From a bacterium (lineage in GTDB: Bacteria > UBP7 > UBA6624), in assembly GCA_002716355.1 (NCBI GenBank), contig PBAU01000003.1:335146-367145 (forward strand): 32,000 nucleotides of DNA, given 5' to 3'. The translations under genes were made by a program, and so were the position numbers. This document shows, piece after piece, positions 16,438 through 24,176 of the stretch; position 1 is the first letter of the stretch, and every line of letters starts with the position of its first letter. The notes below the pieces were generated by a model. That model ran no database searches. It had not been told where the DNA came from and saw only the letters and a program-made list of their open reading frames with translations.

Positions 16438-17279
16438 AAAAATTCCAAAAAACCATCGAACATTTTTTCTGCTGGACCCCTGCATACCAAAAAATCTTCT
16501 CCAAAAGAAACTTCTAATACGCCCCCTTCGGATTGTGTTCTAATATTTTCTATATTTTTTTCAATTTTTGTATTGATGCATACGGAAGAAGCCAAAGATC
16601 CAGAGCCACATGATAAAGTTCTACCAACACCCCTTTCATATGTGTCAATAAAATATTCACCCAGCTTATTTATTCTTTTTATAAAATGAACGTTCACTCC
16701 AAATGGAAAAGCTTCATTCATCGAAGCTTTTTCAAAAATCTTTGAATAATCATTTTTAACCAATTTACGCTCAATGTCTAAAGAGATAATTAAATGTGGA
16801 TTTCCAATTCCTGAAACAGACCAGCCATTTAAGCCATCTATATCAATTTGATTGCATTCAAAATCATGAACAATATCCTTCTTCAAGCTTACTGAAAAAA
16901 GATTATTTTTTTGAGATATATTGTCTATCTGCCATTTTTCACTTAATTGCGAAGATATCCATTTGTCAAGAGTTAAAGTGGTCCAACTCCAAGACAATCT
17001 CTCTTTATGCAAGTAACAGTAAGCAACCGCTATACGAAAACCATTCAATGAAAACTCACCATTACTTCCATCTCTATTGTAGATATCACATCTTATCAAT
17101 TCGTCATTAAGGATGTCTACAAAGAGAACACCATCAGCATCAATATAATCTTTTGAATCTGTAATTTTTTTAGAAAAAGAAGATCTGTCTTGATTTTTTA
17201 AAGAACTGCCATCAATGACTATAAAAGAATTACCAGCGGCAATCCACTTTTCAAAATTTATTCCTTGTTTATTAGCCAA
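16434..17279 (-). CDS. dapF: diaminopimelate epimerase homologue (first catalytic Cys replaced by Ser)
   Basis: GNSFIVID, NRDGSNGEFSLNGFR (aligned to NADGSEVAQCGNGAR of E. coli DapF), GIGNPHLI and YERGVGRTLSCGSG are present. The fold assignment is secure; the activity is questionable. Confidence 0.8.
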   Translation of the reverse strand: MANKQGINFEKWIAAGNSFIVIDGSSLKNQDRSSFSKKITDSKDYIDADGVLFVDILNDELIRCDIYNRDGSNGEFSLNGFRIAVAYCYLHKERLSWSWTTLTLDKWISSQLSEKWQIDNISQKNNLFSVSLKKDIVHDFECNQIDIDGLNGWSVSGIGNPHLIISLDIERKLVKNDYSKIFEKASMNEAFPFGVNVHFIKRINKLGEYFIDTYERGVGRTLSCGSGSLASSVCINTKIEKNIENIRTQSEGGVLEVSFGEDFLVCRGPAEKMFDGFLEFF

Positions 17280-18082
17280 GATGCAAAACCCCCCAAAACA
17301 GAATCTTCCAAATCCATCTTTTTTAACAAATCTCCTTGAGTCCTTATTGCAGCTTGCATCTTCTTCTTTGATTCACTTTTTTCAAGATTATTTTTAGAAT
17401 CAAAATAATCATCCCTGTATTGAAAATAAGCACCAAACTTTCCCGCAAATTCACCCAAATGTTTAAAACGATTTTCATCAAATTCATCTATTCCCCAATT
17501 TATTCGAGCCTCAAGTTCAGCCGCATACGCTATCTTTTCAAAAAAATGAGCCGTTTTCATATGATTGATCCTTTCTTGAGGGATCCCTTGTTCAAGATCT
17601 AAATCAAGTGCTTGACCTCCAATAACACTATCTGGCATTAACATTTCTGAAAAAGGAAAAGAATTATTTGTACCTGACATATAGGACATACCTAATAAAA
17701 CATTACTTGCAAGCAATGCTGTAGTTTCTCCAAATTTCTTCCACAAAGAAGCTTTCCCTCTCCTTAATGCATCATTATCCATACACGGCAAATCATCCTG
17801 AATCAATGTGAAAGCATGGAAGAATTCAAATGAACATGCTATTGACAGCATTTCATCAACCAACAACTTATCAACCTTTGAACCTTTATCCCTTGGAGCA
17901 ATACTTTGCAAAACCGCCAAATAAAACAAAGGCCGAACCCTTTTTCCGCCACCAAAAAGCGCATAAGAAACCGCTTCTTTCAAAATAGAAACTCCATTAA
18001 GCGAATCAACCTGAAGTTTCATCTCTTTTTCAATTAGAGGCCTCCAGGATTTAACAAATTTTTCTGTTTTTCTTTTTAACAT
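17258..18082 (-). CDS. short-chain (E)-polyprenyl diphosphate synthase, IspA-like
   Basis: GGKRVRP, first Asp-rich motif IQDDLPCMDNDALRRGK and second motif FQYRDDYFD are present. At 274 aa it is somewhat short for the family. Confidence 0.85.
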   Translation of the reverse strand: MLKRKTEKFVKSWRPLIEKEMKLQVDSLNGVSILKEAVSYALFGGGKRVRPLFYLAVLQSIAPRDKGSKVDKLLVDEMLSIACSFEFFHAFTLIQDDLPCMDNDALRRGKASLWKKFGETTALLASNVLLGMSYMSGTNNSFPFSEMLMPDSVIGGQALDLDLEQGIPQERINHMKTAHFFEKIAYAAELEARINWGIDEFDENRFKHLGEFAGKFGAYFQYRDDYFDSKNNLEKSESKKKMQAAIRTQGDLLKKMDLEDSVLGGFASWLINKE

Positions 18083-18097
18083 CTTCCTAATAAGCTG

Positions 18098-20023
18098 CTA
18101 CTCTAACTCATAATCTTGTAGTCTTTCATACATAAAAAGATTTGTAAGAATTGATCTAGCATATATCCTTGATTCTGAAAGTGTGATTGTCAAAATTCTC
18201 AAAGGGTCAATTGAGCTTTCATAGTCACCATCCTGAATGCGCTCAAGCCATGAATCAACTCTAGAAGGCCCTGCATTGTAAGCGAACAGAGCAGCAACAA
18301 CATCATCATCATACTTGTCAAGCATGCTATCCAAATAATTTGAACCAACTAATAAATTCAAACTGGGTTCCCTCAAAAAATCTTTAGCCTCTTCAGCTGA
18401 AACATTCATATGAAGATTATTTAAAACTGATACAGCTGTAGAAGGCATAACCTGAGTTAAGCCAATGGCTCCTGCTGAAGATACAGCATTAGGCTGAAAT
18501 GCACTTTCCCTATGAGCCAAAGAATACAAAAGCAAACTATTTTCGTCTTGATCAAAAAAATCACGATATGGCATTGGCCAAAAATTTGAAATTATCATAA
18601 AAATTGATTCTTTTGAAAATTTTTCTTGCGTTATCAAATTCAATAAAAGACCAGCATAAAACCTTGCCTCGATACCTTTTTCTAAACTCATCAAAAGCGA
18701 TGAAATTCTTAAAATATTGCTGTAATCCCTTTCTCCATTTAAATATCTGAAATGTGCTTCCTTTAGGATTACTTCAGGAATAATGTCTTCATAAGCAGTG
18801 AGATCATCCTCTTTAAAGTTGAAACTCCCAGAATTTGAAAAAACCAAATCCCACCAATCGCTATCGCTGATTTCTTCTTTTTGAAAAAGATACAAACTAA
18901 AAAAAGAAAATGGATATCTAGTCAAAAGTATATCTCTGCTTTCTTGAGAATTTAAAATTACATACTCCCAATAAAGCTTGTTTGGTTCAAGTTCCGGGTC
19001 ATCTATTTCCATCATGTATGAAAGAGCCTCCCTTTCGCTTGCTTCAACCTTAAGCCTAAATAAATGATACCTGGATAAATTGGCTCTAGGGCCTTTTGGA
19101 TATCTGGCTAAATACCTTTTGTATTCTTGTTCAGCAGAGCCAATATCGCCAAGGTAAAAAAGATACCCTGCTTTTCTATATATGGCATCTTCCCCACCGC
19201 CATTCACAGCCATTTCCTCAAGGGATTCAAGTGCTTCTTGTGAATTTCCCATTGCAGATGAAACTTTTGAATTCAAGCTAAGATAATCCAAATAATGATA
19301 ATCAGCCACACCTTGATTTTTCCATCTTTCAAGCATAACCTTTGCTTCTTTATTTTCTGAAGACTTATGACTGCCCCAAGAAAAAATAAAATCCCTTAAA
19401 TCAGCATGTGGAGAAAGGTTGCCTAATTTCTGATAGTCAAAATCAATATTCCAAACTCTAATCAAATCAAAATAATCCTCAATTTTAGACCTAGGCACAT
19501 CTCCATCATAGGAAAGTTTTTGAATGATGAAACTTGCCCAATCTTTTTTTAGCTTGGTTGAAGACCTACTGTCTAGAAGCTTGTAATAAGGGTCTAATTC
19601 ATCTAAAGGTAAAGGATCTGAAAAGCTCAAATGACTAAAAAAATACAGCATGATTTCAGAATTTTGAGAATAAGTCATCCTTGAAGAAAAACGATCAAGA
19701 TAAGATTGAGTTTCATTTTTTGAAAAAACCCCCTGCTTCATTAAGGCAATCAAGATTTCAGCAAACTCAAAACAAGAAGATTCACAATATGGATACCACA
19801 GCAAAAAATGCCTTTTTGCCTCTTGATACTTTTTTGAATTTATTTTTTCTTTAATGTAGTAAGCGGAAAAATCATCATGTAGCGATTTCGGAAAATGATT
19901 GATTTCATTTGGTTTTAAATTGGAAAATTTTTCTAAATTCTGAAACAGCCAACTTTCCTCAGACTCTATATTTTTTGAATACAGATTGAAATTAAAAAAA
20001 ATAAAAAAAAAGAAAGATGCCAA
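18098..20023 (-). CDS. slt: soluble lytic murein transglycosylase (Slt70-like)
   Basis: C-terminal SLT domain has AHRESAFQPNAVSSAGAIGLTQVMPSTA and AYNAGPSRV, preceded by a long helical repeat N-terminal region. The track start is TTG, and the N-terminus is uncertain. Confidence 0.88.
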   Translation of the reverse strand: MASFFFFIFFNFNLYSKNIESEESWLFQNLEKFSNLKPNEINHFPKSLHDDFSAYYIKEKINSKKYQEAKRHFLLWYPYCESSCFEFAEILIALMKQGVFSKNETQSYLDRFSSRMTYSQNSEIMLYFFSHLSFSDPLPLDELDPYYKLLDSRSSTKLKKDWASFIIQKLSYDGDVPRSKIEDYFDLIRVWNIDFDYQKLGNLSPHADLRDFIFSWGSHKSSENKEAKVMLERWKNQGVADYHYLDYLSLNSKVSSAMGNSQEALESLEEMAVNGGGEDAIYRKAGYLFYLGDIGSAEQEYKRYLARYPKGPRANLSRYHLFRLKVEASEREALSYMMEIDDPELEPNKLYWEYVILNSQESRDILLTRYPFSFFSLYLFQKEEISDSDWWDLVFSNSGSFNFKEDDLTAYEDIIPEVILKEAHFRYLNGERDYSNILRISSLLMSLEKGIEARFYAGLLLNLITQEKFSKESIFMIISNFWPMPYRDFFDQDENSLLLYSLAHRESAFQPNAVSSAGAIGLTQVMPSTAVSVLNNLHMNVSAEEAKDFLREPSLNLLVGSNYLDSMLDKYDDDVVAALFAYNAGPSRVDSWLERIQDGDYESSIDPLRILTITLSESRIYARSILTNLFMYERLQDYELE

Positions 20024-20037
20024 AAGTAATCTTTTTT

Positions 20038-21582
20038 TCAGAGCGGTATGTTCCCATGTTTTCTTGGAGGCATTTTTTCTCTCTTTGATTTAAAAAACCT
20101 CAAAGCTTCTATCAATTTTGGCCTGGTGTCTATGGGGTCTACAACCTCATCAACATAACCTCTTTCTGCTGCAATATATGGAGTTGCAATATTTGTTTCA
20201 TAATCATGAATCAAATCTTTACGTTTTTCATCCTTATCTTTTGCATTTTTAATATCCTTTCTGAAGATAATATTTATCGCACCTTCTGCTCCCATCACTG
20301 CAAACTCAGCAGAAGGCCATGCTAAATTTAAATCAGCTCCCAATTGTTTTGGAGCCATCACACAATAGGCTCCCCCATAAGCTTTTCTTGTAACTACGGT
20401 CAATAATGGCACTGTGCATTCTGAATAAGCATGAAGCAATTTTGCTCCGTGCCTAATTATCCCTTGATGCTCTTGATCTTTTCCCGGCAAAAAGCCAGGG
20501 ACGTCAACAAAAGAAACAACAGGTATATTGAAAGAATCACAAAATCTAATAAACCGTGCAGATTTATTGCATGCATCAGAATCCAAACAACCTGCCAAAA
20601 CATTAGGCTGATTCGCAATTATGCCTACAGTATAACCATCCAGCCTGCCAAAGCCCACAACTATATTTTTTGCCCAAGACGACTGCACTTCAAAAAAAGA
20701 ATCATCGTCTAGAACAAGATAGAGAATCTCCTTCATATCGTAGGGCTTATCAGAGCTATCAGGGATAATCTCTCTTAATTTATTCTCTCTTCTTTGGATA
20801 TCCTTAACACTTGAATCCTTTCTGGATTGGTGTATCTTATTATTCGATGGAATGTAATTAAGCAACTCTCTAACTGATTTCAAACATTCAACCTCATTCT
20901 CAGAAACAAAATGAGAAACTCCACTTTTTTGAGTATGCACAGATGCTCCCCCCAAATCCTCAAAAGTAACTTCTTCATGCAATACTGTTTTAATTACATC
21001 AGGACCAGTTAAAAACATATGACTTGTACCTTTTGTCATAAATACAAAATCCATCAAACCTGGAGAATAAACAGCACCTCCAGCACATGGTCCCAAAATA
21101 CAAGCTATTTGCGGAACTACCCCACTTGACAAGGTGTTTTCTTTAAAAATACTCGCATAACCAGCCAAAGAAACAACGCCTTCCTGTATTCTTGCACCAC
21201 CAGAATCCTGTATTGCGATTACAGGCACCCCGACTTTTCTTCCTGTTTGAATTATTTTAACTATTTTTTCAGCATGCCTCTCACCAAGAGAACCTCCCAT
21301 AACAGTAAAGTCCTGGCTATAAACAAGGACTCTACGGCCATTTATCTTTCCAAAACCAGCAACCAGACCGTCACCTAAAAACTCTTTCTTTTCGCCTATA
21401 GGCAATGGAGAAGATTTAATAAATAGACCCAATTCCCTAAATGATCCATCATCCAACAAAACCTCTAACCTTTCTCTAGCAGTTAATTTTCCTTTTTCGT
21501 GTTGCTTTTCAATCGCTAAAGCTCCACCTCCTAGTTTCGCCTTAGATGTCAGACCTCTTAATTTTTCAATTCTTTTCTTCAT
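20038..21582 (-). CDS. pccB: acyl-CoA (propionyl-CoA) carboxylase carboxyltransferase beta subunit
   Basis: 514 aa with two crotonase-like CT halves, GGARIQEG, the AYGGAYCVM region, and a C-terminal KHGNIPL typical of PccB / methylmalonyl-CoA carboxyltransferase 12S. Confidence 0.92.
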   Translation of the reverse strand: MKKRIEKLRGLTSKAKLGGGALAIEKQHEKGKLTARERLEVLLDDGSFRELGLFIKSSPLPIGEKKEFLGDGLVAGFGKINGRRVLVYSQDFTVMGGSLGERHAEKIVKIIQTGRKVGVPVIAIQDSGGARIQEGVVSLAGYASIFKENTLSSGVVPQIACILGPCAGGAVYSPGLMDFVFMTKGTSHMFLTGPDVIKTVLHEEVTFEDLGGASVHTQKSGVSHFVSENEVECLKSVRELLNYIPSNNKIHQSRKDSSVKDIQRRENKLREIIPDSSDKPYDMKEILYLVLDDDSFFEVQSSWAKNIVVGFGRLDGYTVGIIANQPNVLAGCLDSDACNKSARFIRFCDSFNIPVVSFVDVPGFLPGKDQEHQGIIRHGAKLLHAYSECTVPLLTVVTRKAYGGAYCVMAPKQLGADLNLAWPSAEFAVMGAEGAINIIFRKDIKNAKDKDEKRKDLIHDYETNIATPYIAAERGYVDEVVDPIDTRPKLIEALRFFKSKREKMPPRKHGNIPL

Positions 21583-21965
21583 GATATTATTTCCATCAAT
21601 ATACCCATTGTAAATTTAGGATTAAAAAACAACGCTCCGCCACCATTAACTCCATCCTGTCTTGAAGATTCTATTGTTTCAAAACCTAAAGAATTAAATT
21701 TTTTTTCAGCTTTATTTAAATCTGAAACCCTGAAAGCAATATGATGAAAACCTTCCCCTCTCTTATCTAAAAATCTTTTCAAAACACCTTCTCCGATAGG
21801 CTCTAGCAATTCAATATTGACATTTCCAACTTTCAACATTGCTATTTCAGCATTCTCTCTTTCATAAGCTTTTCTGTAAGAAACCTCTCCCTTTAAGGCT
21901 ATTTCCCACAAAGGAAGGGCCTTGTCTATGCTTCTAACTACAATCCCTAAATGAGCAATTTTCAT
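21579..21965 (-). CDS. mce: methylmalonyl-CoA epimerase (VOC/glyoxalase fold)
   Basis: MKIAHLGIVVRSIDKALPLW...NIELLEPIGEGVLKRFLDKRGEGFHHIAFRV...GILMEI matches the family. I trimmed the 261-aa track ORF to the internal ATG at 21965; the upstream 133 codons are antisense to accC. Confidence 0.88.
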   Translation of the reverse strand: MKIAHLGIVVRSIDKALPLWEIALKGEVSYRKAYERENAEIAMLKVGNVNIELLEPIGEGVLKRFLDKRGEGFHHIAFRVSDLNKAEKKFNSLGFETIESSRQDGVNGGGALFFNPKFTMGILMEIIS

Positions 21966-21973
21966 AATTTTTA

Positions 21974-21979
21974 ATTCTA
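21974..21979 (-). promoter_or_regulatory. candidate -10 box (TAGAAT on minus strand) 8 nt upstream of the mce ATG
   Basis: Read directly from the sequence. There is no SD between box and ATG, and the -35 is weak. Confidence 0.3.
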
Positions 21980-21995
21980 TAACCTTACAAAGAGT

Positions 21996-22001
21996 TAGAA
22001 T
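21996..22001 (+). promoter_or_regulatory. candidate -10 box TAGAAT 7 nt upstream of ATG 22009
   Basis: Read directly from the sequence. It is a divergent partner of the mce box. Confidence 0.3.
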
Positions 22002-22008
22002 ATTTTCA

Positions 22009-23553
22009 ATGGCTTTTAGAAGAATCACCCCAAGCAAAGGCAAAAGCAAACGTAGCAAGATAAAAAGTATGCTTATTGCAAACAGAGGAGAAATTGCACT
22101 TCGCATAATACGAGCAGGCTGGGAATTAGGAATTAGATGCGTGATAGCATCTAGTGAAACAGACATAGATTCATTGCCTTCAAGAGTAGCTGATAGCGTA
22201 TTAAATCTGGGTCCAGGGAGTGCTGCAGAAACATATCTAGATATTGAAAAAATAATTAAAGCAGCTAAAAAATCAAAAGTTGAAGCTATACATCCTGGAT
22301 ATGGATTCCTTTCAGAAAATGCAAAATTTGCTAAGAGATGCGAAGAAGAAGGAATAATTTTCATAGGACCTTATTCAGATGCTATGGAAAAGCTAGGCGA
22401 CAAAGTTTGGGGGAGAAAAAAAGCAAAAGAATTAAAAATACCAACAATACCTGGATCAAAAGGAGTTGTTACTGATGTTAATACAGCAATAAAGATCTCA
22501 AGAAAAATTGGTTTTCCCGTTTTGATTAAAGCTGCTGCAGGTGGCGGAGGAAGAGGGATGAGAGTTGTTGAAAAGCTACAAGATCTCAAAGATGCATTTG
22601 AATCCGCACAATCCGAAGCAAAATTGGCTTTTGGTGATGGGTCATGCTTTATAGAAAGGTACCTTGCAAAACCAAGACATATAGAAATACAAGCAATGAG
22701 AGATTCACATGGAAGATTTATACATCTTTATGAAAGAGAATGCTCAATACAAAGAAGACATCAAAAACTATTGGAAGAAGCTCCTTCATTAGCAGTTTCA
22801 ACATTAATGAGAAAAAGGATGATAGATGCATCTAAAGCTTTAACAAAAGCTGCAAAGTATCATGGAGTTTGCACTGTTGAATTTCTAGTTGATGGCAAAA
22901 ATTTTTATTTCATAGAGGTGAATACTCGTGTTCAAGTTGAACATCCAGTAACAGAAAAAATTACAGGCATAGACATAATCAGAGCAGGGATAAGAATAGC
23001 TGGTAAAGAAAGAATTCCCTTTGCCCAAAGGCAAGTTAGAAGAAATGGACACGCTATCGAATGCAGAATAAATGCAGAAGATCCAAGATTTGGATTTGCT
23101 CCAACCCCTGGAAAAGTTGAAGAATTAATACTTCCAGCAGGCCCTGGGATAAGAGTTGACACTCATTTGTGTCCTGGCTACACAGTGCCTTCAATTTACG
23201 ACTCCTTAATAGCAAAAGTAATTTCTTATGGAAGAACAAGAAAAGAAGCAATAACAAGAATGGAAAGAGCTTTAAGAGAAATGGTTGTAAGAGGTTTTAC
23301 GACAACTGCTCCTTTCCACAGAAGGCTCTTGGCTCATAAAAGTTTTAGAAATGGGAAAGTATGGACAAGGTTTGTGGAATACCAAGGCAGCAAATTAACT
23401 GAACCCAGTGAAGAAGAGAACAAGCAAGCAATTTTGGCTGCAGCAATACTTCTCGCTGATGAAGAAAATCATCCAGATGTTGATAACAATCAAGCTATTG
23501 AGGAAGATTGGAATTCAAACAACAATGAGGAATTTGAAGAAAATTGGAACTAA
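22009..23553 (+). CDS. accC: biotin carboxylase subunit of acyl-CoA carboxylase
   Basis: LIANRGEIALRIIRA, HPGYGFLSEN, KAAAGGGGRGMRVV, ERECSIQRRHQK, NTRVQVEHPVTE and GHAIECRINAEDP are present. The start is either ATG 22009 or ATG 22069 (MLIANRG). An acidic extension of about 60 aa follows the BC fold. Confidence 0.93.
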   Translation: MAFRRITPSKGKSKRSKIKSMLIANRGEIALRIIRAGWELGIRCVIASSETDIDSLPSRVADSVLNLGPGSAAETYLDIEKIIKAAKKSKVEAIHPGYGFLSENAKFAKRCEEEGIIFIGPYSDAMEKLGDKVWGRKKAKELKIPTIPGSKGVVTDVNTAIKISRKIGFPVLIKAAAGGGGRGMRVVEKLQDLKDAFESAQSEAKLAFGDGSCFIERYLAKPRHIEIQAMRDSHGRFIHLYERECSIQRRHQKLLEEAPSLAVSTLMRKRMIDASKALTKAAKYHGVCTVEFLVDGKNFYFIEVNTRVQVEHPVTEKITGIDIIRAGIRIAGKERIPFAQRQVRRNGHAIECRINAEDPRFGFAPTPGKVEELILPAGPGIRVDTHLCPGYTVPSIYDSLIAKVISYGRTRKEAITRMERALREMVVRGFTTTAPFHRRLLAHKSFRNGKVWTRFVEYQGSKLTEPSEEENKQAILAAAILLADEENHPDVDNNQAIEEDWNSNNNEEFEENWN

Positions 23554-24041
23554 AAATTAGAGATTCCAAAGGAAAGATCCATGATGTCCAAATTGATTTT
23601 GGAGCAAGTGTAGCAATATTAAATGGGGATGAAAAAATCCCTTTTGAAATTATCCGAAGAGAAAAAGGTGTTGTTGGGATAATCATTGGCGATAAAAGAT
23701 TACCAATTAATTACTCTAGAGATGGAATTAGAATTGAATTATTGTTAGATGGTACAAAATTCAAACTTGAAAGAGAAACAAGTTATGCATTTTTAACAAG
23801 AGCAAAAGATGCTGGATCTTCAGGATTAACAGAGGTGAGAAGTCCTATACCTGGTGTAATATCATCAATAAATGTTACTGAAAAGAAAAAAGTCAAAGAG
23901 GGAGATGTTCTGTGCATACTTCAAGCAATGAAAATGGAAAACGAAATCGCATCTACTCAAAAAGGGAAAATTAAAGAAATACTTGTAGTTGAAGGAGAAA
24001 GAGTGTCGAGTGATCAAGTATTAATGACTATCGAAAACTAA
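23544..24041 (+). CDS. biotin carboxyl carrier (biotinyl/lipoyl domain) protein
   Basis: The C-terminal 70 aa, SPIPGVISSINV...GDVLCILQAMKMENEI...GERVSSDQVLMTI, contain the biotinylation motif AMKM. There is no in-frame ATG before the domain, so the TTG at 23544 (overlapping the accC stop) is the first possible start. Confidence 0.8.
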   Translation: MELKIRDSKGKIHDVQIDFGASVAILNGDEKIPFEIIRREKGVVGIIIGDKRLPINYSRDGIRIELLLDGTKFKLERETSYAFLTRAKDAGSSGLTEVRSPIPGVISSINVTEKKKVKEGDVLCILQAMKMENEIASTQKGKIKEILVVEGERVSSDQVLMTIEN

Positions 24042-24124
24042 TGCCGGAAGAGGGACTCGAACCCTCACGCCCTATTGGACACTTGCTTTTGAGGCAAGCG
24101 CGTCTACCATTCCGCCACTCCGGC
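24042..24124 (-). tRNA. tRNA-Leu (CAA)
   Basis: Reverse complement is GCCGGAGTGGCGGAATGGTAGACGCGCTTGCCTCAAAAGCAAGTGTCCAATAGGGCGTGAGGGTTCGAGTCCCTCTTCCGGCA. It has a class II long variable arm, anticodon loop CTCAAAA, and discriminator A. No CCA is encoded. Confidence 0.93.
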
Positions 24125-24176
24125 CTGTTGTATACTTAGCCTATCATAATTTTTATTTTGTATTAAGGAGATGTTT

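Noticed and set aside
21966-22364. 133-codon N-terminal extension of the mce ORF (track ORF 21579-22364)
   Set aside because: It is antisense to the highly conserved N-terminus of the biotin carboxylase. The epimerase family starts at MKIAHLG (ATG 21965). The open antisense frame is a by-product of accC codon composition.
24171-24176. First ATG of the symporter ORF
   Set aside because: AAGGAG ends immediately before it with zero spacing. The second ATG at 24177 has a 6-nt spacing.
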